A stretch of 37,287 bases of DNA from a virus. Taxonomy: Duplodnaviria; Caudoviricetes. Of this stretch, positions 27,135-34,003 are shown in pieces; position 1 is the stretch's first letter, and each line of letters starts with the position of its first letter. The notes under the pieces are model-generated. The model saw only the letters and a list, made by a program, of their open reading frames with translations, did no database searches and was not told where the DNA came from. The stretch is from positions 1-37,287 of the IMG/VR virus record IMGVR_UViG_3300030106_004177. One strand, written 5' to 3'. The translations under genes were made by a program, and so were the position numbers.

Positions 27135-28003
27135 TAATCATTCTCCAAAAGTTTAACACGGCGTTGCCCCCCGCCTGTTCTGTACACTCGCACAGTATCG
27201 TTAAATATTTCCTTATCATCGTCTTTCAATTTGCCTTTTAGCTGTGAGTCTATCGCGCTAAAGGCTTTGTAACTGTCTTTGTAGCGTACCCACTGCGCGG
27301 CTAATTCACAAAACTCGTTGTCTTGGTGCATCTGTCGCGTTTGATGCGGCACAACTTTAGGGATTTTAATTTTAGGCTCCCAATCAGAATCTGGCGCTTC
27401 ATCGTTCATAACGTGCTGATAAAAGCCTCTATACAACGACAACAAACTTTGCTGTGTATCTGGCTCCGCTGGTATAGGTATAACATCCCATTTACTGTTT
27501 CCGAAAAACACTGACAATTCCGATTGCGTAACTGGCACTCCGAAAGCCGCTTGTGCAACCAGCATTTGCATTTGCATTTGTGCAGAGTAAGTATCTACTA
27601 ACTCTTCTTTGTTGCTCCACTTTCTTTCGTTTGTATGCTTGAAGTCTACTAATACAATGTTGCCAGCATCATCAATTCGCCATTGATCAGGGTGGGTTAA
27701 CAACCAAGGATAGTCAGGGTGTTGTGTTTCTAGTTCGAGTTTGTCACGCCACGTTTTACGCCAAGCGTCATTGTCAGCAAATTCGTACCCTGTCATCATT
27801 TCGTAATAACGTTTATTGAGACTTTCGGTATGACTGCCCATCAAGACGTTAAGTTTTGTTGACAAATCTTCTGGCTCTTTTCGGCCTGTGTATTCCAGCC
27901 AAGCATCCATCAAACCATTTTTCATATTGATCAATCGGTAGGCAAGAGAAGCACCTAGATAGATGTTGTTTTTTGACGCTACTCTATCGCTTGGTTGGCG
28001 CAT
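27134..28003 (-). CDS. YqaJ / lambda-exonuclease family recombination nuclease
   Basis: LGAS, W.E.TGR.EPEDLS, G...E, HP.YPW....PD, DFKHT and Y..Q.Q.QM. Confidence 0.88.
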   Translation of the reverse strand: MRQPSDRVASKNNIYLGASLAYRLINMKNGLMDAWLEYTGRKEPEDLSTKLNVLMGSHTESLNKRYYEMMTGYEFADNDAWRKTWRDKLELETQHPDYPWLLTHPDQWRIDDAGNIVLVDFKHTNERKWSNKEELVDTYSAQMQMQMLVAQAAFGVPVTQSELSVFFGNSKWDVIPIPAEPDTQQSLLSLYRGFYQHVMNDEAPDSDWEPKIKIPKVVPHQTRQMHQDNEFCELAAQWVRYKDSYKAFSAIDSQLKGKLKDDDKEIFNDTVRVYRTGGGQRRVKLLEND

Positions 28004-28172
28004 TGATTTTTTCCCATAGCTTTTTGAAACGTTTTGACTCTCTGGTTAAACCCACTAGCCGTAAACATTCCATTGTGATTGTTTCATAATGGCCTAACGG
28101 ATACGGCTTACTATTGATCTTTTCGATAGTCGCTTGTGATAATATCGGTTCGTCCGTTTGTTTATTTGTCAT
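27984..28172 (-). CDS. Hypothetical protein, 62 aa, first gene of the leftward operon
   Basis: ATG 28172 follows a TTTGGAGAAG RBS. Confidence 0.65.
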   Translation of the reverse strand: MTNKQTDEPILSQATIEKINSKPYPLGHYETITMECLRLVGLTRESKRFKKLWEKINAPTKR

Positions 28173-28269
28173 AATCTTCTCCAAAAATTTTTTACACCTT
28201 ACTTTACTTTTTGTAACGTGACAAGTTATAACGGTTGAAAGACTTAACAAAATGTAATACAGGTGATTT
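28173..28269. promoter_or_regulatory. Divergent promoter region between the recombination and replication operons
   Basis: Leftward TTGTCA-17nt-TAAGGT; rightward TTGAAA -35 candidate; dyads TTGT-N6-ACAA (28211-28224) and GTTATAAC. Confidence 0.6.
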
Positions 28270-28479
28270 ATGGATGTTTACTTAGCCAGAAAAATTATTG
28301 ACGCACTTGGCGGCGTTTCGTTGGTTGCAGAGATGATAGGCGTTACGCCGTCTGCTGTTACCCACTGGAAAAATCGCGGTTTACCCGCAAGCATTAAAAC
28401 ACGAAAACAGTTAGAAAAGTTGCTAGTGCAAAAAGTTAAAGATGCTGACACTTTTATAGATGAGTTGTGGCATGGCTAA
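28270..28479 (+). CDS. Cro/YdaS-like HTH regulator
   Basis: IIDALGG...VA...GVTPSAV..WK.RGLP. Confidence 0.85.
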   Translation: MDVYLARKIIDALGGVSLVAEMIGVTPSAVTHWKNRGLPASIKTRKQLEKLLVQKVKDADTFIDELWHG

Positions 28480-28792
28480 AAGTCGCGCCGCAAGACTTGG
28501 CTATGCTGATGAGCAAAAAGTTTTACGTCAATTTGAAAAGATTGGAGTAAAAGGATTTCGTGTTGACAAACGAGCCGGACAATTGGGCGCAAAAAATTCT
28601 TATGATAATTGGCTTACTTACCCAAACGGCAAACAGTTACCTAATGAGCAAAAGCGTAAAAAGGGTGGCTTGGCTTGGGTGAGAAAGATTTTAGAGGGTG
28701 CGCCACCCGACACGGTGTTGACGGTGACAGAGCCAAATCAAAAGACGCTGGTGATTAAATATATGGAAACGGAAGGAAAGTGCATAAAATGA
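28472..28792 (+). CDS. Holliday-junction-resolvase-like PD-(D/E)XK protein
   Basis: G..DE..V......G....RV......G....D........E.KRKK pattern; position in the replication operon. Confidence 0.55.
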   Translation: MAKSRAARLGYADEQKVLRQFEKIGVKGFRVDKRAGQLGAKNSYDNWLTYPNGKQLPNEQKRKKGGLAWVRKILEGAPPDTVLTVTEPNQKTLVIKYMETEGKCIK

Positions 28793-29631
28793 TATTGCCG
28801 ACTATTCGTGATTTACGGTTGCCGCCTAGCGAAAAGTTGACGCTGTTAATTTTGGCAAGTCATCTGCCTAACGTGTTTCCATCCATCGACACACTTACTG
28901 AAGAAACAGGGTTAAGCCGCGCTACGGTACACAGGTGTTTACAGAGTTTGAAAAGACGAAATTACATTATTTGGGAGAAGACAGGGCGCAGTTCATCTTA
29001 CACAATTACCCTGCCTATGGATGATGGGAGAAGTCTCATGGTGAGACATCAGAAGTCTCATGGTGAGATAACAGATGTCTCACAGTTATACTCTAAGAAT
29101 CAAAATAAGAAACAAGATAAGAATATAAATAGTGTACAAGAAAAAATGCACGAAGAGTTTGAGCAATTTTACAGTAAGTATCCAAACAAGAAGGGTGACA
29201 AAAATTCTGCAAGACAACGGTTCCTAAAAACACGAAAAAAAGGCACAACCACAGAAAAAATTATGAGTGACTTGCAAGCGTATATTAGAACTAAACCTGA
29301 TTGGCAAAGTTTCGCTCATTGTGCAACATGGTTGAAGCAAATGATGGATGGCGATTATTGGCGCAATGACGTTTACGAAAATACCGAAAAGACGAGTGCT
29401 GTCAAAAGATTGCAAGCACAATGGGAAAAGTACGGCAATATCGGTAAACAGCCGTGGGCAACTGATCAGACACGACTGCAAGAAGAACGGCTTATCCAAC
29501 AAGCTTTTTACGAGGCAACCGATAGTGAAAAGACAATGCTCATACAGCAAGCGCCAGAGGGTGCAAATTTGCCAAGTAATGTCGTGAGGATGAAAGCAAA
29601 AACAAAAATGAGGGTGGTGCAATGCGACTAA
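28789..29631 (+). CDS. Replication initiator (lambda O-like: N-terminal HTH, iteron-encoding linker)
   Basis: FPSI.TL..ETGLSRATV.R.L..L and FE.FY..YP.K...K..A...F; contains internal iterons. Confidence 0.85.
   Translation: MILPTIRDLRLPPSEKLTLLILASHLPNVFPSIDTLTEETGLSRATVHRCLQSLKRRNYIIWEKTGRSSSYTITLPMDDGRSLMVRHQKSHGEITDVSQLYSKNQNKKQDKNINSVQEKMHEEFEQFYSKYPNKKGDKNSARQRFLKTRKKGTTTEKIMSDLQAYIRTKPDWQSFAHCATWLKQMMDGDYWRNDVYENTEKTSAVKRLQAQWEKYGNIGKQPWATDQTRLQEERLIQQAFYEATDSEKTMLIQQAPEGANLPSNVVRMKAKTKMRVVQCD
29029..29130 (+). repeat. Putative replication origin: 22-bp-period iterons plus AT-rich 12-bp repeats
   Basis: AGAAGTCTCATGGTGAGA at 29029 and 29051 with a partial third copy at 29073; TAAGAA at 29094, 29106 and 29118. 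Confidence 0.8.
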
Positions 29632-30155
29632 ACGTATTTCCAAAACACGGCGGCCAACCGTTACGGCTACAAATTTTTATACAAGGCCAAGCGAAGCCTG
29701 TTATTGACTACGCAATGGATGACAAAAAGACGGCGTGGTTGGTTAGCAAATTGTCAGAACAGCTTGCCGTAGAGCCTCACTTATCACTAAATCACGCTAT
29801 TAACGCACGTTACAAAGAGGCTGAAGTGTTTGCACAAATCAAAGAGTTTGTAGCGCAAGAGTTCGATTTAGACCCAATGTGTAATTTCAACTTACAAAAC
29901 AGAACGTCACACATTGCATTGCCACGTCAGGTAGTAATGTATTTAGCTGAAAAACATTGTCGCAGTATGGGTGTGACACAAATCGCCAGAATGTTAGAGC
30001 GTGATCACACGACTGTTTTGCATGGTGTAAAAGTAATAAAGGATAAAATTATGCAAGATGCTGACTTTGCAGAGCGTTTGCAAGTCATCGAAGAAAATCT
30101 AAATTCATGGATTTTACGCCGACAACATATATATCTGGAAAGGTACGATGAATAG
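29622..30155 (+). CDS. Protein with a DnaA C-terminal (domain IV) HTH
   Basis: R...IA.PRQV.MYL.......IA..L.RDHTTVLHG..I signature; no AAA+ domain. Confidence 0.88.
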   Translation: MRLNVFPKHGGQPLRLQIFIQGQAKPVIDYAMDDKKTAWLVSKLSEQLAVEPHLSLNHAINARYKEAEVFAQIKEFVAQEFDLDPMCNFNLQNRTSHIALPRQVVMYLAEKHCRSMGVTQIARMLERDHTTVLHGVKVIKDKIMQDADFAERLQVIEENLNSWILRRQHIYLERYDE

Positions 30156-30672
30156 GGCTTTCGTAATTAGTAATTTCACACGCCACGAATTTGATCATTA
30201 CCCAACAGTCGATGGTAGATGTATTAAAAGTTTGCTTGCGGCTTACCCTGACATACCAATGCCAGCTTTAGACCCCTTTTGCAACGGAACGGAGCCAACC
30301 AGATTATTTCCAGCAGTCAACGGCACGTTACGAGATATGAAAGGACGTTTTCAAAGCGTCATTACAAACCCGCCATATAAAAAAAGTATTGTTGATGATT
30401 TAATGCAGACGGTTATTACCGCTGTTTCAGAAGGTGATATACAGGTTGCCGCCGCTTTGATGCGGATTAGCTGGGATTGCGCTAAAACTAGAGCCAGTTA
30501 TTGGCAGTGGCCTTTCGCTTGCAGTCTCCGTTTGCAATATCGGCCTTATTGGTCAGAAGAACCAGCAAAGGCAAGCCCTATCCATAACTACCAATGGCTT
30601 ATTTTTGACAGGAGAATACCACACGAAAAAGAACCAGTTGTAAGGTACCACAACGGAGTCACCAATGAGTAA
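30148..30672 (+). CDS. Putative amino (N6-adenine) DNA methyltransferase
   Basis: D.YPT, DPFC.G and ITNPPY motifs; 174 aa, compact phage type. Confidence 0.7.
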   Translation: MNRAFVISNFTRHEFDHYPTVDGRCIKSLLAAYPDIPMPALDPFCNGTEPTRLFPAVNGTLRDMKGRFQSVITNPPYKKSIVDDLMQTVITAVSEGDIQVAAALMRISWDCAKTRASYWQWPFACSLRLQYRPYWSEEPAKASPIHNYQWLIFDRRIPHEKEPVVRYHNGVTNE

Positions 30673-31162
30673 AAAGAAAGAAGCATTAGAGCCGCCAGAG
30701 TTACGAGAAACGCCGGAGAGAAGCCAACATAGTCCAGTTGATGATGTAGCGTTTAAACCTAAAGGCGGTAAGGCTGTGCAGACTGTTCGCCGTGTGAGAT
30801 ATGAACACCCATTAGATGTAATGTTGCATCGAAGCTTGCTGACTGACAAACAATACGAAGCTGGCAACCTTTTTCGGCAACACTATTACAGGTCTGTAAA
30901 TCAAAACAGGGTGACAGCGAGATATGGCGCTAGTGCTGGTGTAGGCGGCGGGGTAGATGATGAAGTCTATTCGAGGGAGCAAGTGCGTGACGTGTTGGGG
31001 CGTCTGACTTTGCGGCAAGCATCTGTGCTAATCGGCGTGTGTGGTCATGGTGAGTTTGCAACCACGTGGGCGCATAAACTCAATTGGAAGCCGTCGAAAG
31101 AAACGCCAGTATCATTGTTGCGTCAGGCTTTAGATGAGGCGGCGAGCCTATGGAAGCTTTAA
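30665..31162 (+). CDS. DUF6456-like late transcription regulator (Q/GafZ-like)
   Basis: PLD.M..R..L...QY.AG..F...Y...VC...LR.ALD, at the end of the replication operon where lambdoid Q sits. Confidence 0.65.
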   Translation: MSKKKEALEPPELRETPERSQHSPVDDVAFKPKGGKAVQTVRRVRYEHPLDVMLHRSLLTDKQYEAGNLFRQHYYRSVNQNRVTARYGASAGVGGGVDDEVYSREQVRDVLGRLTLRQASVLIGVCGHGEFATTWAHKLNWKPSKETPVSLLRQALDEAASLWKL

Positions 31163-31336
31163 CCATTCGTCGCGCTTATCTGCACTCATTAATTCTAATG
31201 CGTGAATTAAAGCTGTATATCGTTTGTTTTCAGTTTTCATACCATTTTGTAAAGCACGTAACGACACACCTATTTTTGCACTGAAATCTTTTTGCGGAAT
31301 CTGCATATCCCGCAACCTCTTACCATATTGGTGCAT
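31148..31336 (-). CDS. Small XRE-like HTH protein
   Basis: L..M.I.QKDFS.KIGVSLRALQ; GGAG RBS before ATG 31336 (alternative start 31348). Confidence 0.65.
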   Translation of the reverse strand: MHQYGKRLRDMQIPQKDFSAKIGVSLRALQNGMKTENKRYTALIHALELMSADKRDEWLKLP

Positions 31337-31404
31337 TTTACTCTCCATTGTTTTTTTCTTTATAAATTAAAATAAAAAAAAGTGCAATAAGCTACAGAAA
31401 AAAC

Positions 31405-31464
31405 TTGTGGCATATATAGAAGTGTATTATATTTCTTAAATCGTTACTTACTTTGGAGAAAATA
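31405..31464 (+). promoter_or_regulatory. Sigma70-type promoter and leader (cassette copy B)
   Basis: TTGTGG-17nt-TATATT...GTTACTTAC-TTTGGAGAA. Confidence 0.7.
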
Positions 31465-31788
31465 ATGGAAAATATATTTGATCTTTTCACAGCCGCTGAT
31501 GAGTTAGTGGCTATCGAGTCAGATTTAAAAAAATTGGTTCAACGTAAGCGCGAAATACACGCTGAATTTAAAGCACGTGGTAAGGATGTAAACATCATTG
31601 GTAACAAGGCTACGATTGAGGTTCGCACTCACAAGCGCACAATGGTTGACAACAAAGAAATCCATAAACACGTGTCACGGCAACTATTAAGAGCGCACAC
31701 GACGAAAAAAGACGTCACAAGTGTTAACATCAAGCCTGTTGCCGCTTCTGTAGATAGGTCGTTATTGTTTGCCGCAAAAAGCGCATAA
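31465..31788 (+). CDS. Hypothetical early protein, 107 aa, N-terminal coiled coil
   Basis: Has its own promoter, RBS and terminator. Confidence 0.75.
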   Translation: MENIFDLFTAADELVAIESDLKKLVQRKREIHAEFKARGKDVNIIGNKATIEVRTHKRTMVDNKEIHKHVSRQLLRAHTTKKDVTSVNIKPVAASVDRSLLFAAKSA

Positions 31789-31798
31789 TAATTTACAA

Positions 31799-31824
31799 GG
31801 ATGCCCGAAAGGGCATCCACTTTT
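31799..31824 (+). terminator. Intrinsic terminator with GAAA tetraloop
   Basis: GGATGCCC-GAAA-GGGCATCC followed by ACTTTT. Confidence 0.8.
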
Positions 31825-31846
31825 CAAAATGGCTAAAAAACAGCAG

Positions 31847-31911
31847 TTGACATTTAGTAAAAAGTGTAGTATACTTCTTAGATTGTTAATAACTTTTGGA
31901 GAAGTTGTAAA
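31847..31911 (+). promoter_or_regulatory. Strong sigma70 promoter and leader (cassette copy C)
   Basis: TTGACA-17nt-TATACT...GTTAATAACT-TTTGGAGAAG. Confidence 0.85.
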
Positions 31912-32136
31912 ATGAAATTCAAAATGCCAAAACACGCTTATGGCAAGAAGCCACCAAAAACGCTAAACGGCGCAACCTTTATGTGGGTACACTTACAAGA
32001 CGAACTGCCACGCATCGGTTGTGGCAATCGCACTGTATGGGCCAAAAGTGGAACGAAGTGGACACACGTTTGCGACACAATGGGCAACAGAGCCAAGTTG
32101 CTTAATGCACAATTCGACAAAATTGCAAAAAGGTAG
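31912..32136 (+). CDS. Hypothetical early protein
   Basis: 74 aa, behind a promoter and RBS. Confidence 0.75.
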   Translation: MKFKMPKHAYGKKPPKTLNGATFMWVHLQDELPRIGCGNRTVWAKSGTKWTHVCDTMGNRAKLLNAQFDKIAKR

Positions 32137-32147
32137 GGAGAATAATA

Positions 32148-32471
32148 ATGGCTAACATACAGCAAGCGCCCTACACATTGGATGTAGGTAAAGACAGCCA
32201 AGAGGCTATTGACAAACAGCTAGGTAGCCTTATCGGTGAGACAGTTTGTGTTTCATGGACAAAGGTTATCCACGCGAACAAAAAATTTGCACTTGGTTCT
32301 AGGAAGCATTTTGAGCCTCAGATTTCTGTGCAAGGAACACTTGAGGGAAACGAAGAGACAGGGAGGTATCGCGTTCTATTAAACGATAGCACCTACTCGT
32401 ATTTCTATAACGACAGTGTGTGGTCGATGGGGCAAGCCGTCGGTAAACGCGCAATCGTATTTATATTATAA
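32148..32471 (+). CDS. Hypothetical early protein
   Basis: 107 aa; GGGAGA RBS. Confidence 0.75.
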   Translation: MANIQQAPYTLDVGKDSQEAIDKQLGSLIGETVCVSWTKVIHANKKFALGSRKHFEPQISVQGTLEGNEETGRYRVLLNDSTYSYFYNDSVWSMGQAVGKRAIVFIL

Positions 32472-32485
32472 AGGGAGTCAAAAAA

Positions 32486-32587
32486 ATGTGGCGTTTAGTA
32501 AGTGAAATTATTGGGGGGCTGATCGTAATGATCGGCCTACCAGCTTTAATGTTTTTTTACGGTGTTGCTTTCGGGTTAGTACAATGA
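32486..32587 (+). CDS. 33-aa single-TM peptide (not in ORF track)
   Basis: MWRLVSEIIGGLIVMIGLPALMFFYGVAFGLVQ; GGGAG RBS and ATGA overlap with the next ORF. Confidence 0.65.
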   Translation: MWRLVSEIIGGLIVMIGLPALMFFYGVAFGLVQ

Positions 32588-32808
32588 TTGCCCCGACATT
32601 GCGGCAGACTTGCCGATACAATGCAAGGCGCAAGGCATTAGAAGAGGCGCTGGCGTTGTTGCAACAGCTTAGTGATCATCTTGTGGAAGCAGATAAAGAT
32701 TTCGGCAACGTGACTAATGCGTTTGCCTTTGCGCATGAAGACTTAGGCAACAGCCGACAAGGGCTAGAGGAAGAGTTAGAAGATTTAGATTATGAGGACG
32801 AGACATGA
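32584..32808 (+). CDS. Hypothetical acidic helical protein
   Basis: 74 aa, translationally coupled on both sides. Confidence 0.65.
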   Translation: MIAPTLRQTCRYNARRKALEEALALLQQLSDHLVEADKDFGNVTNAFAFAHEDLGNSRQGLEEELEDLDYEDET

Positions 32809-33116
32809 AAATGTATAAAGCAATTCTCAACGATGAACGTTGGAATAAAATTTACCAGCAAGATCGTGACGTGGACGCTGTTTGGTTATACAAAAATTTA
32901 AAATCAACAGATACTGAATGGTGCGAAACTATCAAGGGTGCGAGGAACGAAGCGTTAGATCTTGGGATGCCAGCCAATTCGGTTATTTTAGGTGTTAATT
33001 TCAAGGATGCGCGAAAAGCGTTAAAAGATTTTATGAACGGCAAGCCTCATGTGAATGGGCGAGTAGAATTTGTAAGATATATAGACCGCAATATAACCGC
33101 TATTCTACAGGGATAG
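32805..33116 (+). CDS. Hypothetical protein
   Basis: 103 aa; GAGGA RBS. Confidence 0.7.
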   Translation: MKMYKAILNDERWNKIYQQDRDVDAVWLYKNLKSTDTEWCETIKGARNEALDLGMPANSVILGVNFKDARKALKDFMNGKPHVNGRVEFVRYIDRNITAILQG

Positions 33117-33117
33117 A

Positions 33118-33522
33118 ATGATGAAAAAGAAATATTCTGTTAGCGTTAATGTAAACTTTTCAGATCACATCGAAGCAGACAATGAAGATCAAGCATGGAA
33201 AGCTTTGAAAAAAACCTCTGGGATTAATAGTTTTCTTTTTGCAATTTTCCGCTGTCAAAACCGCTTTAGTAAACGCTTTGCGAGTCGGCGCCTACTTACC
33301 GTGAAATTTACGGAATCTTTAGAAAAGATAAAATCAAAACATAAGAAGGGGGGCTATAAACAATTGGCTTACTTACCTAACAAACGGCACCCTGTTTCTT
33401 CGTTTAGTGTGCCAAATTTCCCACTTTATTTAAATCTACAAAGGACAGTGGGACAACGCTTAGTACGCACACGAAAAATGAACGTTCGTTACGCACAACA
33501 TCTAGTGCAGAAAGTGGGTTGA
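33118..33522 (+). CDS. Hypothetical ORF of chimeric appearance
   Basis: The first ~32 aa look like a typical small phage protein (Y.V.V......IEA.NE..A). The remainder includes an inverted decayed gene fragment. Confidence 0.4.
   Translation: MMKKKYSVSVNVNFSDHIEADNEDQAWKALKKTSGINSFLFAIFRCQNRFSKRFASRRLLTVKFTESLEKIKSKHKKGGYKQLAYLPNKRHPVSSFSVPNFPLYLNLQRTVGQRLVRTRKMNVRYAQHLVQKVG
33223..33312 (-). pseudogene. Inverted decayed copy of part of the 63-aa basic protein gene (23922-24011)
   Basis: 68/90 nt identical without gaps. Translates RKFHGK*APTRKAFTKAVLTAENCKKKTIN versus RKPNSKGAPTDKAFAKAALTAKDRKKKTTK. Confidence 0.8.
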
Positions 33523-33547
33523 CGTACTAAAAATTCGATATTAGAGT
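33519..33547 (+). promoter_or_regulatory. Sigma70-type promoter upstream of the late genes (pR'-like)
   Basis: TTGACG-17nt-TAGAGT, with a second -10-like TAGATT at 33560-33565 just after the predicted start. Confidence 0.75.
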
Positions 33548-33554
33548 TATTTCC

Positions 33555-33761
33555 ACTGTTAGATTTCTGCCTTGTGCATTTATACAATGTGATCTCCTGT
33601 TTTAATATCACCGACAGTAACAATCCAATAGTAACTTCTCCAAAGTGAACGTGTATAAATCACAGGCAGAGTCTAGCAGACCATAGCGGTTTTGACATTG
33701 CCGCTTCACTCCTTTGTTAAACGGCTGGTAGCATCCTCCAACACTGCCAGCCGTTTTTTTT
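33555..33761 (+). ncRNA. Structured ~205-nt leader/small RNA with four anti-SD motifs
   Basis: Bounded by a promoter and terminator; ~28-bp bulged stem 33556-33586/33652-33679; CU-rich motifs at 33594, 33636, 33709 and 33735 in predicted unpaired regions. Confidence 0.7.
33719..33761 (+). terminator. Intrinsic terminator (tR'-like)
   Basis: AAACGGCTGGTAG/CTGCCAGCCGTTT stem, 12-nt loop and T8 tract. Confidence 0.85.
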
Positions 33762-33771
33762 GGAAGCAATT

Positions 33772-33963
33772 ATGAAAATACAAGATTATTTCAACAATCC
33801 AGAGATAGGAACAGGCAACGTTTCTGTTTGGGAACACGTGGACGGTTCATGGGTTGTGATCGAAGTTACAAGATTTGCCGCTAGTGACAAAGAAATGGCA
33901 AGACAATATGCGTCTATGTTAGCAGGGGAAGAGTGCGTCCCAGTTGATGCAACAATGCACTGA
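33772..33963 (+). CDS. Hypothetical protein, 63 aa, first late-region ORF
   Basis: ATG 33772 after GGAAG, immediately downstream of the terminator. Confidence 0.55.
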   Translation: MKIQDYFNNPEIGTGNVSVWEHVDGSWVVIEVTRFAASDKEMARQYASMLAGEECVPVDATMH

Positions 33964-34003
33964 TAACTTGAAAAAAAACCAATTATAAACCAAGAGGAAT
34001 ATT

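Noticed and set aside
32266-32274. DnaA-box-like TTATCCACG
   Set aside because: A single one-mismatch copy inside a coding region, far from the iterons.
33389-33411. Antisense match (20/23 nt, 13-nt core) to the initiator gene at 28890-28912
   Set aside because: Short and purine-rich, plausible by chance in a 37-kb genome, and the target is not at a translation start.
33580-33745. Minus-strand micro-ORFs behind GGAG motifs (e.g. MSKPLWSARLCL)
   Set aside because: Very short, with poor start codons or spacing and no minus-strand promoter seen. The plus-strand promoter, stems and terminator explain the region better, though this is not formally excluded.
33555-33761. tRNA, tmRNA or 6S RNA identity for the structured region
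   Set aside because: No cloverleaf, T-loop or CCA end, no tag reading frame, and no closed 6S-like rod with a central bubble spanning the whole RNA.
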